In this document: in pieces, positions 7,944 through 16,735 of the stretch
How positions within the stretch are numbered: position 1 is the stretch's first letter
Layout of the letters: each line of letters opens with the position of its first letter
IMG/VR virus record: IMGVR_UViG_3300025429_000057
Location: 1 to 29,555 of that record
Length of the DNA: 29,555 nt
Reading direction: 5' to 3' (one strand)
Origin: a virus
Lineage: Duplodnaviria; Caudoviricetes
Translations under genes and position numbers: made by a program
The notes under the pieces: generated by a model
What the model was told of the DNA's origin: nothing
The model's input: the letters and a program-made list of their open reading frames with translations, nothing else
Database searches by the model: none

Positions 7944-10517
7944 ATGGGAATGAATTTATTAAACCGTTTCTGGAGTTCTAACCCCGGAAATCTTGGTACT
8001 AACCAAGCTCAAACAGGTAACATGGGCCCACAAACCCCAAGCACTGCTTGGCAGGGTATTGATGGAGCCGCCGAGTTTGTTGCACCGCAACGCCTTCGTG
8101 ACGTTGTTGGTAAGCTAAAGGTTAGCCAATCACAAAATATTTATGACGCTGACTTTGAGTATGGCGTTCAACCCCTTCGCTGGGAAAACTACATCCAGAA
8201 CGTTTCTGGACAAGCATCTATTGTGCAAAATCCCGGTCTTGGTGGCGTAACCATGACCATTGGCGGTGGAAATACACCCGGTGATATTACGATTCGTCAA
8301 AGCCGTCCTTACCACAGATACCAGCCCGGTAAGACTTTTTACATGGCATCCAACGTAAACTTTGGTGCTTCTGTATCTGGGCAGTACCAGCGTGTAGGTA
8401 TCTTTGATGATTCCAACGGTATCTTCTTTATGCAGTATGGAGCTACAACGGCTGACAATCCATACGCAATGAACGTGGTTCTTCGCTCCGATTCAGGCGG
8501 TTTACCTACAGATACAGTGTTTCCTGTAAGTCAGTGGAACGGCAATAAGAACATCATCAATGCTCTGGACTGGACAAAAGTCCAAATGATTTGGATGGAA
8601 TACGCTTGGTACGGAGCAGGTGCTCTGCGCTGGGGCGTGGTCATCAACGGTGAGCCTTGGGTTCTCCATCAAGTTGGTGCAGGTAATGGTGTTATTCAAG
8701 GCGTTGCACAAATTAAGCCTTGGAGCCGTACAGGTAACTTACCTGTTCGTTACGAGCAAAGATATACAGGAAGTGCCGCATCATCTGTAATGACTCACTA
8801 CGGTGTGTCAGTGCTGATTGAAGGCGGTATTGATAAACAACGTGGATTTACCTATTCATATGGTAATAACGCTAAGACTCAGACTCGTTCTGTTTCATCG
8901 GCTGCCGTTCGTTTCCCTGCAATGTCTTTCCGTATGAGAGCTGTTGGTGCTGATATTTTTGATCAGTCTAACGCAGCAGCCACAGGTGGTTCTCCTACGA
9001 CTTTGACAATTAGTGCGGCAACGCCTTCTATTTCTTCTGTTGTTGGACAATCAAATAGCGGGCAAGCATTAGTTACATTTAGCTCTGCTCACGGTTATGC
9101 AGTGACTAACCCAGCAAATGCAAACAGCCCAGCTCAGTATGTGTCTCTTAGTTCATTTACTGAAGTAGGTACTGTAGCTACGGGTAACTACGCATTTTCT
9201 GGCACAACGCTAACTGTAACAACCGCAGTTGCTAGTGGTGCTTTACAACCCGGACAAGTATTATCCGGTACAGGTGTTACAGGGTCTCCCACAATCGTTG
9301 CTCAATTAACTGCTACAAGCTCTGCGGTTGGTTCACAAACTTTTGCAAGTGGCGGCGCAGTTGGTTCAAGCGTGGTTGTATTAGCGGCAGGTACTTCATT
9401 TGCTGTTGGGCAGTTGTTTGCTGGTACAGGCGTCCCCGCAAGTACATTCATTACGGGTGTAACTGGGGCTACGATTACTTTGAACAAAGCGTTTACAGTT
9501 CAAGCTGCTGGTACATACAACTCGTATACACCGGGCGGTTTGGGTACTTATCAAGTTAGCTCAACCCAGACTACTGGTTCAGGCACTTTGACTGCTACAA
9601 CAACGTATGCAGCTCAGACTTGGTTAATCCAGTCTGTACCATCTACAACCACAATGATTCTTCCAATACAGTTGTTGACTGGTGTAACAGCCACAACAAA
9701 CCCAACTGGAACATATTGGGCAGCTAATCAGTGGGTTGGTAAGTTTGTGTACTACCAAGCTAGTTTGCCGTCTATCAGCGCTATTTCAAATCCAGCATTG
9801 ACTACGGTAGCGGGCATTAATAACTACTCGTCTACCATTACGTTTAGTTCTGCGCACAACTTGAAGCAGGGTGATGTTATTGTTATTAGCGGGTCAACTC
9901 CCGCTTATATGAATGGTATCTACTCTGTAACAATACCAACTACAAACCCAACTACTACAGTTGTGGTTAGCTGGGGTTACTTTGCTTCTGCTCCTGCAAA
10001 TTATTCTTCTGGAGCTAGTGCAGTTAGCCCATACACAGGTCGTATTACATCGAATACAACAGGCGCAATAACATTTGGCGATGTGGTTACGGGTTTACCA
10101 TTAGCAAACGGTCCTTCATCTGGTAATAGCTATCAGATTGGATTGATTGATCGTGGTCAATTATTACCCGCAACACTACTGTTAAATTCATCTGCAACTT
10201 GTTTGGTTGAGTTGATTTCTAGTACACCTACAAACCAATTGTCTTTAAGTCAGGCAAACTTTGTTCCTTTAAATCAATTGGGTTCATACAACTCATTTGC
10301 TGAACAGGATTTAAGCGCCACAACTTTGGCTGGTGGTGAGGTTGTGTACGCATTTTCAACACCTCCTAACGGTTTGCAACAACTTGATTTGGGTAACTTC
10401 TTCCCAGTACTTACTAACATTAAAGGTAACGTAGCCGACATTTTGACGGTCGCCGTAACTTCTTCTGCTGGTGCTACAGTACAGGTTAACGTAGTTTCAC
10501 AGGAAGCGATGGCTTAA
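7944..10517 (+). CDS. Large virion surface protein (857 aa): beta-sandwich-like core with nested inserted modules
   Basis: AGGAG RBS. Core motifs RYQPGK, QRVGIFD..NGIFF, YAWYGAGALRWG, LPVRYE; the middle is T/S/G-rich with TFSSAH modules. Confidence 0.7.
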   Translation: MGMNLLNRFWSSNPGNLGTNQAQTGNMGPQTPSTAWQGIDGAAEFVAPQRLRDVVGKLKVSQSQNIYDADFEYGVQPLRWENYIQNVSGQASIVQNPGLGGVTMTIGGGNTPGDITIRQSRPYHRYQPGKTFYMASNVNFGASVSGQYQRVGIFDDSNGIFFMQYGATTADNPYAMNVVLRSDSGGLPTDTVFPVSQWNGNKNIINALDWTKVQMIWMEYAWYGAGALRWGVVINGEPWVLHQVGAGNGVIQGVAQIKPWSRTGNLPVRYEQRYTGSAASSVMTHYGVSVLIEGGIDKQRGFTYSYGNNAKTQTRSVSSAAVRFPAMSFRMRAVGADIFDQSNAAATGGSPTTLTISAATPSISSVVGQSNSGQALVTFSSAHGYAVTNPANANSPAQYVSLSSFTEVGTVATGNYAFSGTTLTVTTAVASGALQPGQVLSGTGVTGSPTIVAQLTATSSAVGSQTFASGGAVGSSVVVLAAGTSFAVGQLFAGTGVPASTFITGVTGATITLNKAFTVQAAGTYNSYTPGGLGTYQVSSTQTTGSGTLTATTTYAAQTWLIQSVPSTTTMILPIQLLTGVTATTNPTGTYWAANQWVGKFVYYQASLPSISAISNPALTTVAGINNYSSTITFSSAHNLKQGDVIVISGSTPAYMNGIYSVTIPTTNPTTTVVVSWGYFASAPANYSSGASAVSPYTGRITSNTTGAITFGDVVTGLPLANGPSSGNSYQIGLIDRGQLLPATLLLNSSATCLVELISSTPTNQLSLSQANFVPLNQLGSYNSFAEQDLSATTLAGGEVVYAFSTPPNGLQQLDLGNFFPVLTNIKGNVADILTVAVTSSAGATVQVNVVSQEAMA

Positions 10518-10518
10518 T

Positions 10519-10833
10519 ATGGCTAAATCTCCAGCTTGGCAACGCAAAGAGGGTAAGAACCCAAATGGCGGACTAAACGCCAAGGGGAGAGCTTCCGCTA
10601 AAAAGGAAGGCCATAATCTAAAACCACCTCAGCCAGAAGGTGGCCCACGTAGAAATTCTTTTTGCGCGAGAATGTCTGGTATGAAAAAGAAACTTACATC
10701 TTCGAAAACAGCAAACGATCCAAATAGCCGGATTAACAAATCTCTTAGAGCTTGGAATTGTGCAGAAGGTGGGTATATGAAAACAGCAGATGGTGTTGCA
10801 GAACGCGGTCATACTAAAGGAAGGTTCATATAA
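10519..10833 (+). CDS. Small basic phage protein (104 aa)
   Basis: K/R-rich; RRNSFCARM and SLRAWNC core followed by an AEGG...DGVAERGHTKG tail. Confidence 0.8.
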   Translation: MAKSPAWQRKEGKNPNGGLNAKGRASAKKEGHNLKPPQPEGGPRRNSFCARMSGMKKKLTSSKTANDPNSRINKSLRAWNCAEGGYMKTADGVAERGHTKGRFI

Positions 10834-11018
10834 TGGATACACATAACCTAAAAGAAATGGCTGACGGCGCTGCCGTTACGACCACATTTCTCGGCATGAT
10901 GGGTTGGATGGAGCCTACAGTGTTTTTCATCACAAGTATTTTCTCTTTGGTATATTTGCTTATCCGTATTTGGGAAACCGATACAGTTCAAAAATTGGTG
11001 AATAAAAATGCCCAGTAG
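10833..11018 (+). CDS. Small membrane protein (61 aa), holin-like topology
   Basis: TAATG overlap; hydrophobic VFFITSIFSLVYLLIRIW segment. Confidence 0.65.
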   Translation: MDTHNLKEMADGAAVTTTFLGMMGWMEPTVFFITSIFSLVYLLIRIWETDTVQKLVNKNAQ

Positions 11019-11364
11019 TAGCAAAAAACAACACAATTTCATGGAAGCGGTGGCTCATAATCCAGCGTTCGCCAAGAAAGTAGGGGTCCCCAAAAAAGTT
11101 GGGGAGGATTTTAGCCAGGCCGATAAAGGCAAAAAATTTTCTAAAGGTGGAAATATGAAGAAGATGTCAAGCGGTGGAGACACCACAGGTAAAGGCCCAA
11201 ATAAACAAAGCAAGGGTCTAACTAAAGAAACTATGGGCAAAGTTAAAACTGCTGCTCCTAGCAAAGACGGGCTTGCCGAGCGCGGTAAGACCAAAGGTAT
11301 GATGCCTAAAATGGCTGGTAGCACCACAGGTATGAAGCGTGGTGGTATGGCTAAAAAGAAATAA
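11008..11364 (+). CDS. Small Lys-rich protein (118 aa) with three xxxGG motifs
   Basis: MPSSSKKQHNFMEAVAH; FSKGG, MSSGG, MKRGG; DGLAERGKTKG. Confidence 0.8.
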   Translation: MPSSSKKQHNFMEAVAHNPAFAKKVGVPKKVGEDFSQADKGKKFSKGGNMKKMSSGGDTTGKGPNKQSKGLTKETMGKVKTAAPSKDGLAERGKTKGMMPKMAGSTTGMKRGGMAKKK

Positions 11365-11374
11365 GGAGAATTTT

Positions 11375-11569
11375 ATGAAAATGAATCATCCCCCATTGAT
11401 GAAAGAAACCACACCTACTCATACACATCATGTGCATATGATGGAAAAAATGGAAGACGGTGGACATGTCCATCATCACAAAATGTATGGCGAGCATGCT
11501 GCAGGTCACATGAAAGAGCATGAGAAAGTTAAAGCTCTATGTGGCGGCGGAATGAGCAAATCTAAATAA
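11375..11569 (+). CDS. His/Met-rich small protein (64 aa)
   Basis: Start moved to ATG 11375 behind TAAGGAG; 12 His and 9 Met. Confidence 0.75.
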   Translation: MKMNHPPLMKETTPTHTHHVHMMEKMEDGGHVHHHKMYGEHAAGHMKEHEKVKALCGGGMSKSK

Positions 11570-11578
11570 GGACTTACT

Positions 11579-12172
11579 ATGAAACGCAAAGTCAAACGCT
11601 ATGATGGCGAAGAAGGTTCTGAAGTTGAATCAGACGATTCCGGTAGTTCTAAAGACTATGGGATAGATTACTCTGAATCTACAAATCCCGGTGGGTCTTT
11701 AGAAAACTATAAACCCGCTAAATCACAGTCTTTTAAAGAAGCTTTTGCTGCTGGTCGCGCCGCTGCTTTAGCTGGTGGTCCAAAGACATTTACTTGGAAC
11801 GGTAAGACTTATGGAACTGAGTTGGCTAAACCTAAAGCTGCCTCTAAATCTATACCCAAAGAAGAACCCAAGTCTAAATCTACTGCTAAAGAAGAACCCA
11901 AGTCTGAATATAAGACTGAGTTTCAGCGTCAGCAAGAAAGAGCTGGGGAAGGCTCAGAAGCTTTTGGCCGCGTAATGAGTAGGATGGGGGATAAGATTAA
12001 AAGTGCTATTAGCCCTTCTAAATCTGAATCCAGAGGTTCTGGACGTATTGATACTTCTAACATAGACAAAAAAACTTTGTTGTCTAGAAAAGATATGGCT
12101 AAAGGCGGAACAGCTTCTAGCCGTGCCGATGGATGTGCGCAAAGAGGTCATACTAGGGGTAAATACCTATGA
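11579..12172 (+). CDS. Low-complexity charged protein (197 aa)
   Basis: TAAGGA RBS; SFKEAFAA..FTWNGKTY module; C-terminal MAKGG..RADGCAQRGHTRG. Confidence 0.8.
   Translation: MKRKVKRYDGEEGSEVESDDSGSSKDYGIDYSESTNPGGSLENYKPAKSQSFKEAFAAGRAAALAGGPKTFTWNGKTYGTELAKPKAASKSIPKEEPKSKSTAKEEPKSEYKTEFQRQQERAGEGSEAFGRVMSRMGDKIKSAISPSKSESRGSGRIDTSNIDKKTLLSRKDMAKGGTASSRADGCAQRGHTRGKYL
11843..11905 (+). repeat. 30-nt tandem duplication (SKS..KEEPK x2)
   Basis: tctaaatctatacccaaagaagaacccaag / tctaaatctactgctaaagaagaacccaag. Confidence 0.85.
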
Positions 12173-12420
12173 TGGCAAGTCGCGGTATGGGGGCTATCAA
12201 CCCATCAAAAATGCCTAAAGGAGAGAAAAAATCTCGCCGCGACAACACTGACTTTACTCAATATAAAGAAGGTGGCAAGATTGGACTTTATGCCAATATC
12301 CATGCGAAACAAAAAAGGATAGCGGCTGGGTCTGGGGAAAAGATGAGAAAGCCTGGTAGCAAAGGCGCTCCAACGAAACAAGATTTTATTGAATCAGCTA
12401 AAACCCGGAGAAACAAATGA
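12169..12420 (+). CDS. Small basic protein (83 aa)
   Basis: ATGA overlap; SRGMGAINPSK, then YKEGG, then GLYANIHAK..RKPGSKGAPT. Confidence 0.8.
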   Translation: MMASRGMGAINPSKMPKGEKKSRRDNTDFTQYKEGGKIGLYANIHAKQKRIAAGSGEKMRKPGSKGAPTKQDFIESAKTRRNK

Positions 12421-12737
12421 GTTTACTAAAGCATATTGAAGAGAATGTTGAGCACTTATACGCTTTGATTAAGCATGTTGCAGCAACTCAAGAAGCCGCT
12501 CATGGAAGTGTAGTTCAAGAAACAAAAGATTTGCTTGAAAAGATTGAAGAGCATATGGGTGTTGCCAAACCTGCTGAGCCTATTATTGAAGCTCCTGTTG
12601 TAATTTCCGCACCTGTTGTAATTTCTGCACCTTCAGATACAAACGTAATTACTATGTCTGTAACCCCTGCGACAGTACCTATTGAAGCTCCGCAAACAGT
12701 TGCTCAAGAGCAATCTGCATCTAACGTGGCTAACTAA
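12417..12737 (+). CDS. Hypothetical protein (106 aa); helical N-terminus, P/A/V-rich tail
   Basis: ATGA overlap with GGAG RBS. Confidence 0.7.
   Translation: MSLLKHIEENVEHLYALIKHVAATQEAAHGSVVQETKDLLEKIEEHMGVAKPAEPIIEAPVVISAPVVISAPSDTNVITMSVTPATVPIEAPQTVAQEQSASNVAN
12591..12632 (+). repeat. 18-nt tandem repeat (APVVIS x2.3)
   Basis: gctcctgttgtaatttcc gcacctgttgtaatttct gcacct. Confidence 0.85.
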
Positions 12738-12739
12738 TC

Positions 12740-12919
12740 ATGGCAGAGAAATGGATTCAAAAAGCCATCAAAAAGCCTGGGGCTTTGCACAAATCTTTGG
12801 GCGTGCCCAAAGGTGAAAAGATTCCTGCGGGCAAACTGGCTAAAGCTGCTAAAAGTTCTGGTAAGGTTGGGAAGCAAGCGCGCCTTGCTGAGACTCTTAA
12901 AGGAATGAAGAAAAAATAA
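12740..12919 (+). CDS. Small very basic protein (59 aa), missing from the ORF track
   Basis: MAEKWIQKAIKKPGALHKSLGVPKGEKIPAGKLAKAAKSSGKVGKQARLAETLKGMKKK; fills the gap exactly and has a TAATG overlap with the next gene. Confidence 0.85.
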   Translation: MAEKWIQKAIKKPGALHKSLGVPKGEKIPAGKLAKAAKSSGKVGKQARLAETLKGMKKK

Positions 12920-13851
12920 TGGCTCAAACATCTGGAACCACATCGTTTAATCTAGACCTAACTGAGTTGGTCGAGGATGCGTATGAGCGTTGTGGTCTTC
13001 AATCCCGATCAGGATATGATTTGCGTACTGCACGCCGGTCTATTAACTTAATGACGATTGAATGGGCTAATCGTGGAATTAACCTTTGGACTGTTGAGGA
13101 ATGTGTAATCCCCTTGGTTACTGGACAAGCGTTTTACAACGTGCCTAATGACACCATTGATATTCTTGACTTGGTTACTCGTACAAGCAATACCAGCACA
13201 TCTAATCAGGCGGATATTAATTTAAGCCGTATTAGTGAAAGTACCTATTCCACAATACCTAACAAACTAACGACTGGTCGCCCTATCCAGGTCTGGTTTA
13301 ACCGGCAAACAGGTAATTCCAATCCAACAACAATTACTTTAGCGACTTCTTGTTTAGCTACAGATACCACATTAACTTTAAGTACAACTCAGAATTTGCG
13401 TAGTTCTGGGTACATCCAGATTGATAATGAAATTATTGGTTATGCTAATATCAGCGGCAACCAGATCGTAAATTGCTATCGTGGGCAAAATGGTACAACG
13501 GCTGCAGCACACACTGCAGGGGCATCAATAATTGAGCAATACCTTCCTAATCTGACCGTTTGGCCTTGCCCGGACTCAGGTGGGGGTCCCTACACGCTCG
13601 TTTACTGGCGCATGAGGCGCATTCAAGATGCAGGTAACGGGGTAAATATTGCCGATATCCCATTTAGATTTATCAACTGCTTTGTGGCTGGACTCTCTTA
13701 TTTTATTAGCGTTAAAAGGCCGGAAGTGGATCCAGCAAGGGTTTTGTTCTTGAAACAGGATTATGAGGACCAGTTCAACTTGGCTGCCCAGGAAGACCGT
13801 GAGACTGCGCCAATCCGTTGGGTTCCAAGGAACATTTTCTATTCGAGGTAA
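12919..13851 (+). CDS. Putative head-tail adaptor/connector protein with an inserted module
   Basis: 310 aa; AYERCG, ARRSINLM..EWANRGINLW, GRP, VWPCPD, DIPFRF..FVAGLSY; insert at about 13330-13530. Confidence 0.65.
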   Translation: MAQTSGTTSFNLDLTELVEDAYERCGLQSRSGYDLRTARRSINLMTIEWANRGINLWTVEECVIPLVTGQAFYNVPNDTIDILDLVTRTSNTSTSNQADINLSRISESTYSTIPNKLTTGRPIQVWFNRQTGNSNPTTITLATSCLATDTTLTLSTTQNLRSSGYIQIDNEIIGYANISGNQIVNCYRGQNGTTAAAHTAGASIIEQYLPNLTVWPCPDSGGGPYTLVYWRMRRIQDAGNGVNIADIPFRFINCFVAGLSYFISVKRPEVDPARVLFLKQDYEDQFNLAAQEDRETAPIRWVPRNIFYSR

Positions 13852-13854
13852 AGA

Positions 13855-14277
13855 ATGCCTAGTAAGTATTCTTCTGGTAAGTATGCAATTGCTGAATGCG
13901 ACAGATGTGGTCAGCGGTACAAGCTTGTCGAACTTCGTAAGTTGACGATTAAGACTAAACAAGTTAGCATCAAAGTATGTCCTGAATGTTGGGATCCAGA
14001 TCATCCCCAGCTACAATTAGGATTGTATCCAGTTAATGATCCACAAGCGGTTCGTGAGCCAAGACCTGATATCAGCTACTACGGTTCTGGTAACAATGGT
14101 TTACAAACCCAAAATGGGGTGCTTAACACACCAAATGAAGTTGGGTATCCTGATACTGGTAGCAGGGTATTTCAATGGGGATGGATGCCGGTAGGTGGGG
14201 CTAGTAGTTTTGATAGAGCACTAACTCCAAATTACTTGGTAGCCAAAGGCACTGTAAATTCGGTAACAATAACGTAG
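13855..14277 (+). CDS. Hypothetical protein with a CxxC...CxxC zinc ribbon
   Basis: CDRCG...CPECWD..HPQL..DPQAVREPRPD; GAGG RBS. Confidence 0.75.
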   Translation: MPSKYSSGKYAIAECDRCGQRYKLVELRKLTIKTKQVSIKVCPECWDPDHPQLQLGLYPVNDPQAVREPRPDISYYGSGNNGLQTQNGVLNTPNEVGYPDTGSRVFQWGWMPVGGASSFDRALTPNYLVAKGTVNSVTIT

Positions 14278-14286
14278 GAGTAAATC

Positions 14287-14457
14287 ATGGCTAAAAAACA
14301 CGAAGACGAAGCAGAAGACAAGAAACTTTTCAAGAAAATGATAAAGCAAGAAGAAAAAAAGCTTGTTAAAAAAATGGCTAAAGGTGGCGTAACTGGTAAA
14401 GCCATGCGTGCTGTAGGTCGTAACATGGCCCGCGCTAATAACCAAAGAGGTGGATAA
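14287..14457 (+). CDS. Small basic protein (56 aa), missing from the ORF track
   Basis: AGGAG RBS; MAKKHEDEAEDKKLFKKMIKQEEKKLVKKMAKGGVTGKAMRAVGRNMARANNQRGG; TAATG overlap with the next gene. Confidence 0.85.
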   Translation: MAKKHEDEAEDKKLFKKMIKQEEKKLVKKMAKGGVTGKAMRAVGRNMARANNQRGG

Positions 14458-14738
14458 TGGCTAAATTTAGTATGAAGCAAGGCGGCAAAGAAGTAGGTCC
14501 TGCATCTACTTATGCTCAAGCACATAGTATGAAAGGTGATGTTATTAATGGGCAAGAGGCTGTCCATTATGCCACTGATCCAAATACAATGCGTGCAGAC
14601 GAATCTACTCCTGGCGGCATGCCCGCAAGACGCGTAAGTTTAGGCAATATTACAAACGGTCCTAAAAATACAGGTATTGAAACTCGTGGAAATGGTGCGG
14701 CTACTAAAGGCAGAACAGCTAGAGGACCAATGGCGTGA
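14457..14738 (+). CDS. Hypothetical protein (93 aa)
   Basis: MKQGG near the N-terminus; C-terminal GIETRGNGAATKG..RGPMA. Confidence 0.75.
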   Translation: MAKFSMKQGGKEVGPASTYAQAHSMKGDVINGQEAVHYATDPNTMRADESTPGGMPARRVSLGNITNGPKNTGIETRGNGAATKGRTARGPMA

Positions 14739-15685
14739 ATTACGAGACGTTATACAACACGATCCAAGCGTATGCTGAGAATACGGAGTCTTTGTTTCTT
14801 GCAAATATTCCAATATTCGTGCAGCAGTGCGAAGAGCGTGTGTATAACACGATTAATTTTCCATCCTTACGTAAAAACGTAACTGGTACGCTAACTGGCG
14901 GCAATCAATATTTATCTTTGCCTTTAGATTGGCTATCAACATATTCCATAGCAATTTATACATCTGACTACACAACTGTACCTTTTACGTACTTGCTTAA
15001 TAAAGACGTAAACTTTATCCGTGAAGCCTATCCCAATCCAACTGCTACTGGAACCCCAAAATATTATGCAATGTTTGGGCCTAACTTTAGTGTAGCAAAC
15101 GAATTATCTTGTATTATTGGTCCAACCCCAGATCAGTCATACAATGTAGAATTACATTACTTTTTTTACCCTCCTTCAATTGTGCAGGGTATTATTACTA
15201 CCCTTAACACAACATTTACAGCGGGCAGTGGGTATGTTCCGGGGCTATATCAAAATATGGCTTTTACTGGAGGTTCTGGCGCAAGCGCATATGGGGACTT
15301 TATCGTTGGTCCTAGTGGCGCGGTTACGTCTGTTACTTTACAAAATGGTGGTAATTTCTATGCCGCTGGAGACACTTTAAGCGTATCTTCATCTAATCTT
15401 GGAAGTTCGGGGTCAGGGTTTTCCATTACTGTAAATGCAGTAAATAATTCCACTGGCACAAGTTGGTTGGGTGACAACTTTGATCCAGTGCTTCTTTATG
15501 GTGCTATGCGTGAAGCTATGCTATTTATGAAGGGCGAGCAAGACTTGGTGACTTATTATGAGACTAAGTACTCTGAAGCTCTTCAACTTGCTAAACGCCT
15601 TGGCGATGGCCTTGAAAGAGGTGATGCGTACCGTGATGGTCAAACTAAGCTCAATACAAATATTAGAGGTAATGCAGCTGTATGA
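14735..15685 (+). CDS. Putative adaptor/tail tubular protein A-like with an inserted module
   Basis: 316 aa, GTGA overlap; GTPKYYA, IIGPTPD..YNVELHY, SWLGDNF..VLLYGAM; Gly-rich insert at about 15185-15445. Confidence 0.62.
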   Translation: MNYETLYNTIQAYAENTESLFLANIPIFVQQCEERVYNTINFPSLRKNVTGTLTGGNQYLSLPLDWLSTYSIAIYTSDYTTVPFTYLLNKDVNFIREAYPNPTATGTPKYYAMFGPNFSVANELSCIIGPTPDQSYNVELHYFFYPPSIVQGIITTLNTTFTAGSGYVPGLYQNMAFTGGSGASAYGDFIVGPSGAVTSVTLQNGGNFYAAGDTLSVSSSNLGSSGSGFSITVNAVNNSTGTSWLGDNFDPVLLYGAMREAMLFMKGEQDLVTYYETKYSEALQLAKRLGDGLERGDAYRDGQTKLNTNIRGNAAV

Positions 15686-16110
15686 TCGTCCAAACCCAAA
15701 CAACTCAGTTTAAATCAGACTGCTTGAGCGGTTTGGTTAACTTTACAACGACTTCTCCTTATACGTATAAGGTAGCGCTTTACACGGCTTTAACTACATT
15801 AAATAATACAACAGCGACTTATGCAGGTACGGCTAACGAAGTTGTAGCTACGGGATATACGGCTGGTGGAAATGCCATCACAATTACCCAAAATCCTGGC
15901 ATAGATTTAACAAATAATGTTGCTTTTCCGTATTTTGCAAATGTAATTTGGACAGGCGCAACTATTACTGCAAGAGGAGCGTTAATATATAATGCAACAA
16001 CGGGTAATTCCGTTGCTGTTCTAAATTTTGGTAATGATATTACGATGAGTAATTTTACTATAACTTGGCCAGCGGCAACTTCAACAACTGCTGTTATCAC
16101 AATTTCTTAA
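15682..16110 (+). CDS. Putative tail structural protein (142 aa)
   Basis: ATGA overlap; YKVALYT, NEV..TGYTAGG, TARGALIYN, VAVLNFG. Confidence 0.65.
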   Translation: MIVQTQTTQFKSDCLSGLVNFTTTSPYTYKVALYTALTTLNNTTATYAGTANEVVATGYTAGGNAITITQNPGIDLTNNVAFPYFANVIWTGATITARGALIYNATTGNSVAVLNFGNDITMSNFTITWPAATSTTAVITIS

Positions 16111-16119
16111 GGAGTTAAA

Positions 16120-16722
16120 ATGAGCAATGAAATTTCAAGCTTTGGTGACAACATAGTTGTTACAATGCAATCTAATGTACAAGCACCAGCCGGGATGGGT
16201 ATAGAAGGCTGGTATCATGTTGTTTGCCGCGATAAAGATGGCAATATTAAATGGGAAGAAGAATGCCCTAATTTAGTTGTTGCTGTTGGTAAACAGTTAA
16301 TGCTAGATACCTTAATGAGAGGCTCTTCTTACTCGGTTGTTGGTCCGTACCTTGGACTTCTTAACACAAGTGTTACACCTGCGGCAACAGATACTATGAG
16401 CACCATTGTGCCATCCAAAGAGTTTACTGCCTATACAGTTAGTGGATCCGCAGTTCGTGGGACGGCAGTTTTTGCCTCTTCTACAAGTACAGGCTCTACA
16501 CCATCCAATGTAACATCTTCAACGGCGACAGCGGTTGTATATACAATTACAGGCTCTGGCGGTACAGTTTATGGATGCTTCTTAGTTACAGGTACAGGTG
16601 CTTCAAGTACACAAGGTAACACAAGTGGCACTTTATATTCTGAAGGTAACTTTGGTACGGCTAAAGCAACAACAGCTGGTGATACAGTAAGCGTTACATA
16701 CAGTACAACTGCTACTTCCTAA
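16120..16722 (+). CDS. Putative tail structural protein (200 aa)
   Basis: TAAGGAG RBS; KWEE..PNLVVAVGK, YLGL, GTLYS, GDTVSVTY. Confidence 0.65.
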   Translation: MSNEISSFGDNIVVTMQSNVQAPAGMGIEGWYHVVCRDKDGNIKWEEECPNLVVAVGKQLMLDTLMRGSSYSVVGPYLGLLNTSVTPAATDTMSTIVPSKEFTAYTVSGSAVRGTAVFASSTSTGSTPSNVTSSTATAVVYTITGSGGTVYGCFLVTGTGASSTQGNTSGTLYSEGNFGTAKATTAGDTVSVTYSTTATS

Positions 16723-16735
16723 TAAGGAGTCTTAA

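Noticed and set aside
14446-14457. C-terminal RGG of the 56-aa protein, resembling a ubiquitin-like di-Gly end
   Set aside because: AGAGGTGGA doubles as the RBS of the next gene, the protein is too short and helical for a beta-grasp fold, and no E1/E2 is seen.
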